DNA of 64,000 nt. Origin: Macrostomum hystrix (lineage: Eukaryota > Animalia > Platyhelminthes). The position numbers and the translations under genes were made by a program. The notes beneath the pieces are model-generated. The model was not told the origin of the DNA. It searched no databases and saw nothing but the letters and a program-made list of their open reading frames with translations. The stretch is from the NCBI GenBank assembly GCA_950097015.1, contig CATNEN010000007.1, positions 3,782,001-3,846,000 of the forward strand. Reading direction: 5' to 3'. Shown one piece after another: positions 32,312 to 43,300 of this stretch. The first letter of the stretch is position 1; every line of letters begins with the position of its first letter.

Positions 32312-33874
32312 ATGAGAACAGCAGTGCTACTTCTGGAATCCAGCAGCTGCAGATGCTGCAACGGCGGCATTCCTGTACTGACTGTGGTCGAAGAGAACGG
32401 TGTCCCGGTCTGCCTGCGCTCGCTGTCGCAATCGAATATCGGTTTCTATGGCAACAACAGCAGCATTGTCAAAACCGCAAAGTCGCAGAATCCAGTTCCA
32501 GCATCAAGCAAGGCTTCGATGGACTTAAAGTGGCCGATTTCGAAACATACTTCAGATGAATTTTCTACAAATAATACGCAAGGCAAGAGCGCTGCGGGTA
32601 CTTTGTATTCTTCGAAATGTATCAAAGGCGATCGTACAGTGATCGCGAAAAGCGCAAGATCTATCAATAGTGGTGGAAGTGACATCAATAGTGGTGGCAG
32701 TGACATCAATGACACCACAGACAATGAAATCGAACCTATCAAAGATATTTTCCCTGATGATCCGATTTTTAGTGATGCAAAAAACACAACTGAACTTGTG
32801 AAAACGAGCTCTGTTGTCCAGAGAGCTTCGAAATCAGAAAATAAATCACAAAGGAACGTCGCAAAAAACAGCGACTTGTTCAGGACCACTAAAGTCGCAA
32901 AGGATAGCCGTAAATTGGTCACTCCCACTTGTAAAATAGTTGAAGAATCAGTGTTGAAACTCGAGTTCGCTAACACCAGCACAGAAGAAGAAGCAGAGAA
33001 AGAGTTGCCAGTGCTGTCGGATGTCAGGAAATGCGGCAAAGATGTGAAAGGAAACTATCAAATGGAAACCAATGATACCCGAAAGCATGCTAAAGTCAAG
33101 ACGATTCGAAAAGATGGCCCAACTGCCAAGAATAGCAAGTTTGGTGTAGCAGAGAATTCCAAATCAGCAGATACTCTACAAAGTGAATCCAGAGAAGCTC
33201 GGATAGACGGTTCAGCAACATCTCTTGCTCCGACCACAGTGTTGTTCGCTTCTTCTCTGACAGAAACGTTCGACGCAGCTTCCAGCGATTCACTGCTACA
33301 GATGCACTCCCCAGCCGCCAGGCTTGCTGCTCAACAGGCCACGGGCGAGTCAGCTGACTTAACTCACTTTGTTAATGTGGAGTCGGCACTCAGGCCCCCT
33401 GTGGATGGCACAGGGGAGAGGACGGCTCCGGCTGTTTTGCTGGAGTCTCCAAAATCTTCAACTTCCCCGCAACATCAGCGGCAGACGAGCAGCTCTCCAG
33501 ATGATCCGATCCCTGAGCCGGTCGATGCAGGCAAGTCGCAGGAGAGACAGCAGTTGCGAGAGCAGCACAATCAGCGATGCTTGGACTCCTCTATACACGC
33601 ACTAATATCAGAGAAGGCCATCGAACTGTTCGAGCTGCTAGAGATGGCTCTCAGCCAGCGCCGACAGTGTCAGCAGTCGAATCACTCTCCAGTGTCGGTG
33701 CACAACTCCACCAATGAACAAGCAGGACCAGCAGTTTTAATGAAGTCTGACAGCCGAAGCAACAACCGAGTCCATGCACGTCGGAGCGCAGTCTCGGTTG
33801 CTTTGTTGGAGGCCGTCCTGCAGAGGGTCGTGTTCGATGAGTTCGGCGAGGAAGGAAAGAAAGGCTCAAAGTAA
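32312..33874 (+). CDS. Hypothetical disordered S/K/E-rich protein or large exon, 520 aa
   Basis: 1.56-kb ORF in non-repeat sequence; an in-frame acceptor (AAAAGCAG|ATCCGTGAAAGCATG) just upstream suggests splicing; no recognised domain. Confidence 0.55.
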   Translation: MRTAVLLLESSSCRCCNGGIPVLTVVEENGVPVCLRSLSQSNIGFYGNNSSIVKTAKSQNPVPASSKASMDLKWPISKHTSDEFSTNNTQGKSAAGTLYSSKCIKGDRTVIAKSARSINSGGSDINSGGSDINDTTDNEIEPIKDIFPDDPIFSDAKNTTELVKTSSVVQRASKSENKSQRNVAKNSDLFRTTKVAKDSRKLVTPTCKIVEESVLKLEFANTSTEEEAEKELPVLSDVRKCGKDVKGNYQMETNDTRKHAKVKTIRKDGPTAKNSKFGVAENSKSADTLQSESREARIDGSATSLAPTTVLFASSLTETFDAASSDSLLQMHSPAARLAAQQATGESADLTHFVNVESALRPPVDGTGERTAPAVLLESPKSSTSPQHQRQTSSSPDDPIPEPVDAGKSQERQQLREQHNQRCLDSSIHALISEKAIELFELLEMALSQRRQCQQSNHSPVSVHNSTNEQAGPAVLMKSDSRSNNRVHARRSAVSVALLEAVLQRVVFDEFGEEGKKGSK

Positions 33875-36194
33875 CGAAACAGCTCATCACCGATGCAGCC
33901 GCATCCTTGTTGACGGCGATTAAGTAAAGCAGGCCAGGAGGAAAGAGTGGACGAAGTCGTCGTCAGTCTTATTGCAATCCGAATCGTGATGCAAAATGTA
34001 ATTTATTGCTCAGAATTTTATAATCTTTCTATACTTTTGATCCTCAAAAAATGCGGAAGATTTGTCGCCAGCTTTGTTGTTGGTAGCCGAAATACACTTA
34101 TATTTTTGGTCATTTTGTTTCTTGTAATTTTTTGTCAAAAATTATTTTGACAAAACCCGACTATAGTGCCCTTGGACTATTTTGATCTGATTTTCACGAT
34201 CTGCTTTTGGGCTAATTCAGGTTATCGTTAGCATAGTTTACTCTTATGGATGCACATCTTCTTTTTTCTTTGTCCTTCTTCTTGAGTCAATCAGAGATCG
34301 AAGAATATAGTTTTACGAAAATGAGTAACAGAAGGCATGTTTTCTTCTTAAAAAAATTTACCGCTCGAAAAAGAAATTTTTTATTACACTGACGAAAGAC
34401 GACACGCAATTCATAAACCAAAAGTTTCCTGTGGAGCATCTGTCAACTCTGGCTGTAAGTATCTGCTTTGCCAAATCTGTCTGCACAGCGGTGTTTACAG
34501 GCATGGCTTTTGAAAACACACTGCTGGGTGAGTGGCTGAACAGCGAACCGATTTGTATTACTGCCGCTCTGCCAGTGTTGTCACTGTCTCAAATGTCAAC
34601 ATTGATGCCGCTGAAGCATTGCGCCTCGCAAACATTTTTAGTCTGGTCTCCCAGATTTATCTTCCCTATCTGAACTGCTTCGCTAGCCCGAAGTTGTGCC
34701 GTATCTAGAGGCTGCACCGCGCTACTCCTCTGTAGACCCGCAATAAAAGCGTCGCAAATGTCGGGCTGCAAAGCGCGCTATTCCGGGAATGCAAAAGGAT
34801 TGGCACAGTGAAATATCTCTGCCTTTTGGAAAGCCTTTCTGTACAGTATTTCGTTGCATAAATATAGTACAGTAGTCACACAATGAAACCCATGCAGGGC
34901 GTAAACATATGCTGACAAGGAAATCTAAGCAGGTTTGCCCCCCTGCCGCAGGTGCTGCTTAGAGCTGTCAGTCATGTATGACAGCTGACGCGTAAAGCTC
35001 AATTGTCAATTACTTTGTCATTGTCTCTGACTTTTCAATTAAAGTTCTTTACCGGGTTTCTATTGAGCCAGCCAACAATGGAACTCTCGTGTCTGTAATC
35101 CCACAAGACTGGTCTCCTCTGCATTCTGACTTGTGCAATAGCAGCTTAATGGGTAAGACGCCTGCCTAATAAACGACGTGGAGTGAACACGGAATGACTG
35201 CCCTATTTATAGGGCTATTTCAAATACCCACATTTTTTCTCTTTCTGTATCTACTAAAATATTCCAGCAATGGCCATGAAACTCCAGAACACGGGCTAAA
35301 ATTTTCCACTCCATCCAATGAAACAACTCCCAGAATCACAAAATATCGGCATCGTCAAGATATTCAACGATTTTCGTCGGGGTTTCAGTTGGCGAAAACC
35401 ACCAATATAGGCATAATTTTACAGCTCATAAAATTTCATCATGTAACCATCCAAATGGTGGGATTTCAGCAAACTAACAGATTCCTTGTTTACTATCCCG
35501 CTACTCCCACTATCCCTCAAAACCAAGAGGTACTTTTTGTATACGTACTCGATTTTTATTTGTCTTTTATCTTTTCCAGTCGAATCAAACAGCAGTTCAG
35601 TTTATTTGTGACACTTTTAAGACACGTGTTAATAATTTTAAATCCTTTTAGTTTGTCCTTATTGTTAATTTTATTTATTACACAACGACATTCAAAGGTT
35701 TGATACAGAAAATTTGAGCCTATGTACTAATCGTTTCAGAGGCATACATTCAGGTCGCCAACACGGTTGTCACACCCTCACAAAAATTTGAGTCTTTAAT
35801 TGTCTGATGATAAAAAGCCCATTGATAAGGCAAGCGGGGCGGGTGAGGCAGGGTCTGCTGTGACAGCGCGATGTTGGCAGGTCTTGTTTAGACTGGCTGG
35901 ACAAGAGAGACTGCTGCGAAACCGCCGATCGATGGAGACAAAGAGTTGAGAGATGGAGGCTGTGTGAGGCTCAGAGGGAATCTCAACTCCAGACTGGGCA
36001 AAGTCCCACAAAAAAGTCCCAATTAGCGAATTGATCGTCAGAAATTGACCAGCTCATCAGCCGGCGTGTGAAACGGCCCGGTGAGGCAGAGTTCTATTCA
36101 TATCTGACTGCCTCTGCTATGCGTCAACTATTGCATGCATCGGGCTTATTATTGGAATCATTTGCTCGTGTCCAGGGGTACTTCCCAGCTATAT

Positions 36195-37550
36195 ATAAGC
36201 CATCCAGCTGGTAGGTATTAAGTAGCCATCCAGCTGGTAGATATTAAGCAGTTATCGAGCTGGTAGATATCATGTAGCCATCCAGCTGGTAGATATTTAG
36301 CAGTTATCCAGCTGGTAGATATTTAGCAGTTATCCAGCTGGTAGATATTAAGTAGCCATCCAGCTGGTAGATATTTAGCAGTTATCCAGCTGGTAGATAT
36401 TAAGTAGCCATCCAGCTGGTAGATATTAAGCAGCTATCCAGCTGGTAGATATTAAGTAGCTATCCAGCTGTTAGTTATTAAGCAGTTATCCAGCTGGTAG
36501 ATATTAAGTAGCTATCCAGCTGGTAGATATTTAGCAGTTATCCAGCTGGTAGATATTAAGTAGCTATTCAGCTGGTAGATATTAAGCAGTTATCCAGCTG
36601 GTAGATATTAAGTAGCTATCCAGCTGGTAGATATTAAGCAGTTATCCAGCTGGTAGATATTAAGTAGCTATCCAGCTGGTAGATATTTAGCAGTTATCCA
36701 GCTGGTAGATATTAAGTAGCCATCCAGCTGTTAGTTATTAAGCAGTTATCCAGCTGGTAGATATTTAGCAGTTATCCAGCTGGTAGATATTAAGTAGCCA
36801 TCCAGCTGTTAGTTATTAAGCAGTTATCCAGCTGGTAGATATTAAGCAGTTATCCAGCTGGTAGATATTAAGTAGCTATCCAGCTGGTAGATATTAAGCA
36901 GTTATCCAGCTGGTAGATATTAAGTAGCCATCCAGCTGGTAGATATCAAGTAGCCATCCAGCTGGTAGATATCAAGTAGCCATCCAGCTGGTAGATATCA
37001 AGTAGCCATCCAGCTGGTAGATATTAAGCAGTTATCGAGCTGGTAGATATCAAGTAGCCATCCAGCTGGTAGATATCAAGTAGCTATCCAGCTGGTAGAT
37101 ATCAAGTAGCCATCCAGCTGGTAGATATCAAGTAGCCATCCAGCTGGTAGATATCAAGTAGCCATCCAGCTGGTAGATATTAAGCAGTTATCGAGCTGGT
37201 AGATATCAAGTAGCCATCCAGCTGGTAGATATCAAGTAGCTATCCAGCTGGTAGATATCAAGTAGCCATCCAGCTGGTAGATATCTAGTAGCTATCCAGC
37301 TGGTAGATATCAAGTAGCCATCCAGCTGGTAGATATTAAGCAGTTATCGAGCTGGTAGATATCAAGTAGCCATCCAGCTGGTAGATATCAAGTAGCCATC
37401 CAGCTGGTAGATATCAAGTAGCCATCCAGCTGGTAGATATCAAGTAGCCATCCAGCTGGTAGATATCAAGTAGCCATCCAGCTGGTAGATTTTGTAGCTA
37501 TCCAGCTGGTAGATATTTTGTAGCTATCCAGCTGATAGACATTAAGCAGC
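36195..37550. repeat. 26-bp intergenic minisatellite
   Basis: ATCCAGCTGGTAGATATTAAGTAGCC and variants, about 50 copies. Confidence 0.95.
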
Positions 37551-38191
37551 CTAAATAATTCAAAATAGACACAATAATCCGCATTGTTTATGAAATCGCG
37601 GACGATTTTTGGTATTATTTAAGTTTCTGGCAAATATCAAATATTAATATTTTCGTAGGCATCGAACAGCAGGTGTTCAAGCAGATAAACAAAACTACTT
37701 TAACTTATTAAAGCAAGAAGTAGCAATAGTTCGCTTGATGTAGAGGTCACAATGAATCGTTAGAGTGCCAATGAGATGCGATGCACTTTAAGGCCATAGC
37801 AGGATAACAAATTTGGATACTGACAATGCATTGAAAGCTTATCATGGTAAATGTAACTCAAGCGCAATGAAGGCCACTGAAGTAGTCAAGCTCTGTGAGA
37901 TGAGCACATTGCGCATCAGTTTGGGATAGTTTAGCAAAGTTTAGTAGAGTCCTTGACAATCTCGTTGTCGCTAAGTGACCACAGAACAAAATGTAATAAA
38001 AACTAGATTGCGAGTAGGAACGACGGTTGCACTGAAAGCTAAAATTTCAATGACTGCTAAAGTAGGACTCAAGACTCTTGGTCCGATTTTGAGCATAAAA
38101 TCGGCCTTCAACTAATTTCCGACGAATCGAAAATCTTGCGTCATACTTTAGTAGTCCTTGAATGACTGGCAGCTCGCAGCATCGCAGCGAG

Positions 38192-39103
38192 TCATCGCCG
38201 CATCGGCAGGCAATCTCCTGCCGTCTCGGCTGGGTCCGAGTGATCCGCCGCGTGCGGATGAGACCGCGGTATGAGCATGATCACTGCGGCTAGTATGGCC
38301 AGCATGTACAGCGTGAAGAACACTCGGTCCAGGACGAGGGCCAGGGCGCGCCACTCCATGGCCGCCAGGTTTCGCCTCTCTTTCTCTTTGAGCCGGCCGG
38401 CGTACAGGTGCAGGTACCGCTTGACCTCGCGGACGTCTCTCTCCAAGCCCGAGTGCCGCCGTTTCAATAGCAACTGCTGCTGCTGCTGCTGCTGCTGCTG
38501 CCGTTCCGGCTCGTTCAGCGGTGACGCGGGTGAAGCCTCTTCAAAGATTTGATCGGCAGTTTCGCCTCCGGCCGACTCGATAGTCGAAATCCTCTGAGCT
38601 GGCTCAGCGTAGTCTTCGAATTTGTTGAACCTCATCTGGGGCAGACGCGCAGAAGTTTCCGGATGCTGCGGATGCTGCTGTGGCTGATGACGCTTGTGAA
38701 GTCGCGAAGAATGCGACTTTTTACCGGCCGTGCACCTGAATTTTGATAAAGATTTCGAGGCGTTTGCTCACGAGCTATAAGTTAACATACTAGTGACCTA
38801 GTGCAACATTTTCATGATGCACACTCTGAAAGAACCGATGAGTGCTAAGTTGCTTAAGGACTTAGTCCTAATGGTTGTTCAGAGACTTCAGAATGATCGT
38901 TCAGGTACAATGGAATGGTCATTCAGGTACAGTGGAATGGTCGTTCAGGTACAGTGGAATGGTCCTTCAGGTACAGTGGAATGGTCGTTCAGGTACTGTG
39001 GATTGGTAATCTATGAAGCAAGAAATGGCTGCTATCACACTAAAGTCATCCAAAAGACTTCAAACCTAGGCAGCGACATCGTACCGTGTTGTAGGCTGTT
39101 CAG

Positions 39104-39143
<40 letters not shown>

Positions 39144-40330
39144 CTGCTGGTTCTCAGCCAAGGGTGTCGCCTGCCTGATGAGGAACAGTCGGCCCAGCCC
39201 GTCCACCATAGCCCGCCGCATCAGCGGGTGTAGGCGGCCCTGCTTCTCAGCTCGGATGTACAGGTTAATAACCAGCGTAGCCAGGAACGTGCTCAGCGTG
39301 ATGGTCACCATGTTCAGGCAGTAGAAGTAGCCAATCAGCGGAAATGTCCTCACGGAGCTGGGCGTTGTCTCAGCCAGCAGCAGCAGCAGCACGAAGAACG
39401 CCACAAAGATGTTCATGCCCAGCTGGGTCTTGGCGGGCGACTCCGGCGGCAGCCAGAAGATCACCCAGGTGAGGCAGGACAGCAGGATGCAGGGCAGCAC
39501 CAGGATGGACAGGTAGAAGTGCGGATTCCTGTGCATGCGGATCTTGTACTCTAGCCGCTTGTAGGTGCGGTTGTACAGCCGACCGTTCGAGTCCTGGTAG
39601 GTGCGATTCGAGCAGCGAATCTGGGAGCGGATCTGCCGACTCCGTAGCGACGGCCTGACCCGGTACTCGTCCTGGCCGTCCGAGTACCACTCGTTGCTCT
39701 TGATGTAGTTCGTGAAGTCCACGTACGGGTTCGGCTCGTACTTGAACTGCTCGTACTGAAGAGGGCAGAGAGTGAGTAAAATAGGTGAAGCATTAGTTTG
39801 GCACACCTGTGTCAGTTAACATTGCTTGTAGCTGTCACAGCTCCTGAGCCTGACACTCGGGGGGGTTGAGTGACGGGGAGCGGAACGCGTGTGACCTGCG
39901 CACCAAAAGTCTCAGATCTTGAATCAGCATCGAGGGCGCACTGATTTGGGTCGCAGCCGCGGATAGGTTTGCGGGCTTTTCGTGGGGGTGAGTGGCAGAG
40001 CGGTTAACGAGTTTGCCTCTCGCACCAAGGTCCCTGAGCTCGATTCCCCGGCGAGGCCACATTCATTTCGGGCGCAGCCGTGGAGACAGGTCTTGTGGGC
40101 TTGTCGTGCAATTCTGCGCCCTTGAGGGCCAACCTCCAAGGCACAGTGAGGGTGTGCACTGCCTGACGATGAGAAAGTCAGGGCAGATGTACACACCTGT
40201 GTGAGCTTGTGCCTGCATACAGTATCTGTGTGCGTGTGTGCTCAGGAGTCAGCAAAAAGGGGCGGAATTGCCTCCTCGCTGGCTGCGGGTCTAGTGTCAC
40301 CAAATGACGTGCCATTGCCCGCCTCCTGCA

Positions 40331-40362
<32 letters not shown>

Positions 40363-43300
40363 CATTATTATTGATATTATTGCGGGCTTGTCGTACAATT
40401 TGTGTCTACGAGCGTATGAGGGCCAACCAGCAAGGCACGGTGAAATTTTACACTGCCTGACGATGAGAGAAAGTCAGGTGCGGATGCACACACCTGTGTG
40501 AGCGTGTGCCTGCGTTGCGGTCTCCCCAGTCCACAGACTGAACAGCTGTACATAGGCTTTCGATGCGATCTGCCCTGCAAGCGTTGAAATTGAAAAATTG
40601 GGGCTCTCTCAGTCTGATAAATCTTGGCCACTAAGCGAGTTTTAATGTTCCGCCCAACCTCAGTCCATGTTCGAGAGGATTAGCGAGACAAAATAGCCAG
40701 CCAAAAACGGACCTGTCTGCATTTTTCTGTAGGTCTTGTAAGACTTGTGACCCTCGCCGTTTTTTAACTCCACCAGGGGTCGTGGCCAATTATTGAGCTG
40801 CTGCTGCGATCGATTTTTTCAGACGGCGAAAGAAGCCTCGGCTCCGTCACCCGGAACTCCCCGGAGACAACAGCCGCTGCTAGCACTGATGACTGACACA
40901 AAAGTGTTCCCACTCTGGCTTAACTCCCAACAGACGTGTTGATAGTAAGACTTGCATTTTTCCCTCTTCAGTGAACTGATTAATTGATTGAATGACAGCT
41001 GAAGACAGGTTCGGTAATAGAATAAGTCGATCGGGTAGATGCTTGAAGATTACAGGATTGAGACGGAAGAAGCTGAGAGAAAGGTTAGAGAGAATCATGC
41101 TTTCAGGTGTCAGGTGCTTTGAAATCACGTGTTGGAAATGCTGTCTTAGATATTCCGGCCAAAGCTACTCACTGGTTCTCCCAAGCTACTCACTAGTTCC
41201 TGCCCAAGCTACTCACTGAATCTCCCAAGCTACTCACTAGTTCCTGCCCAAGCTACTCACTGGATCTCCCAAGCTACTCACTAGTTCCTGCCCAAGCTAC
41301 TCACTAGTTCCTGCCCAAGCTACTCACTAGTTCCTGCCCAAGCTACTCACTAGTTCCTGCCCAAGCTACTCACTAGTTCCTGCCCAAGCTACTCACTAGT
41401 TCCTGCCCAAGCTACTCACTAGTTCCTGCCCAAGCTACTCACTAGTTCCTGCCCAAGCTACTCACTAGTTCCTGCCCAAGCTACTCACTAGTTCCTGCCC
41501 AAGCTACTCACTAGTTCCTGCCCAAGCTACTCAGTAGTTCTCCCAAGCTACTCACTAGTTCCTGCCCAAGCTACTCACTAGTTCCTGCCCAAGCTACTCA
41601 CTAGTTCTCCCAAGCTACTCACTAGTTCCTGCCCAAGCTACTCACTAGTTCTCCCAAGCTACTCACTGAATCTCCCAAGCTACTCACTAGTTCCTGCCCA
41701 AGCTACTCACTGAATCTCCCAAGCTACTCACTAGTTCCTGCCCAAGCTACTCACTAGTTCCTGCCCAAGCTACTCACTGAATCTCCCAAGCTACTCACTA
41801 GTTCCTGCCCAAGCTCCTCACTGGATCTCCCAAGCTACTCACTAGTTCCTGCCCAAGCTACTCACTAGTTCCTGCCCAAGCTACTCACTAGTTCCTGCCC
41901 AAGCTACTCACTAGTTCCTGCCCAAGCTACTCACTAGTTCCTGCCCAAGCTACTCACTAGTTCCTGCCCAAGCTACTCACTAGTTCCTGCCCAAGCTACT
42001 CACTAGTTCCTGCCCAAGCTACTCACTAGTTCCTGCCCAAGCTACTCACTAGTTCCTGCCCAAGCTACTCACTAGTTCCTGCCCAAGCTACTCACTAGTT
42101 CCTGCCCAAGCTACTCACTAGTTCCTGCCCAAGCTACTCACTGGATCTCCCAAGCTACTCACTAGTTCCTGCCCAAGCTACTCACTAGTTCCTGCCCAAG
42201 CTACTCACTAGTTCCTGCCCAAGCTACTCACTAGTTCCTGCCCAAGCTACTCACTAGTTCCTGCCCAAGCTACTCACTAGTTCCTGCCCAAGCTACTCAC
42301 TAGTTCCTGCCCAAGCTACTCACTAGTTCCTGCCCAAGCTACTCACTAGTTCCTGCCCAAGCTACTCACTAGTTCCTGCCCAAGCTACTCACTGGATCTC
42401 CCAAGCTACTCACTAGTTCCTGCCCAAGCTACTCACTAGTTCCTGCCCAAGCTACTCACTAGTTCCTGCCCAAGCTACTCACTAGTTCCTGCCCAAGCTA
42501 CTCACTGGATCTCCCAAGCTACTCACTAGTTCCTGCCCAAGCTACTCACTAGTTCCTGCCCAAGCTACTCACTGGATCTCCCAAGCTACTCACTAGTTCC
42601 TGCCCAAGCTACTCACTAGTTCCTGCCCAAGCTACTCACTGGATCTCCCAAGCTACTCACTAGTTCCTGCCCAAGCTACTCACTAGTTCCTGCCCAAGCT
42701 ACTCACTAGTTCCTGCCCAAGCTACTCACTAGTTCCTGCCCAAGCTACTCACTAGTTCCTGCCCAAGCTACTCACTGGATCTCCCAAGCTACTCACTAGT
42801 TCCTGCCCAAGCTACTCACTAGTTCCTGCCCAAGCTACTCACTAGTTCCTGCCCAAGCTACTCACTAGTTCCTGCCCAAGCTACTCACTAGTTCCTGCCC
42901 AAGCTACTCACTAGTTCCTGCCCAAGCTACTCACTGGATCTCCCAAGCTACTCACTAGTTCCTGCCCAAGCTACTCACTAGTTCCTGCCCAAGCTACTCA
43001 CTGGATCTCCCAAGCTACTCACTAGTTCCTGCCCAAGCTACTCACTAGTTCCTGCCCAAGCTACTCACTGGATCTCCCAAGCTACTCACTAGTTCCTGCC
43101 CAAGCTACTCACTAGTTCCTGCCCAAGCTACTCAGTAGTTCTCCCAAGCTACTCACTAGTTCCTGCCCAAGCTACTCACTAGTTCCTGCCCAAGCTACTC
43201 ACTAGTTCCTGCCCAAGCTACTCACTAGTTCCTGCCCAAGCTACTCACTAGTTCCTGCCCAAGCTACTCACTAGTTCCTGCCCAAGCTACTCACTAGTTC

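Noticed and set aside
34400-35700. Short broken ORFs, a small palindrome with a minus-strand TATA (about 35200-35215) and a 169-aa ORF; considered as LTR or pseudogene
   Set aside because: No second LTR, TSD, primer-binding site or recognisable protein motif could be identified by eye; needs a database search.
39984-40062. tRNA-like sequences at the SINE heads and at 25757
   Set aside because: I could not fold a proper cloverleaf with acceptor stem, there is no poly-T terminator, and each continues into a repeat body; not called as tRNA genes.
40160-40185. CTGACGA...GAAA in the SINE body, resembling a hammerhead ribozyme core
   Set aside because: Only 3 nt separate the motifs, so there is no helix II; it is not conserved in the 6140 and 47100 copies; a simple CCTGAC/GTCAGG stem-loop explains it.
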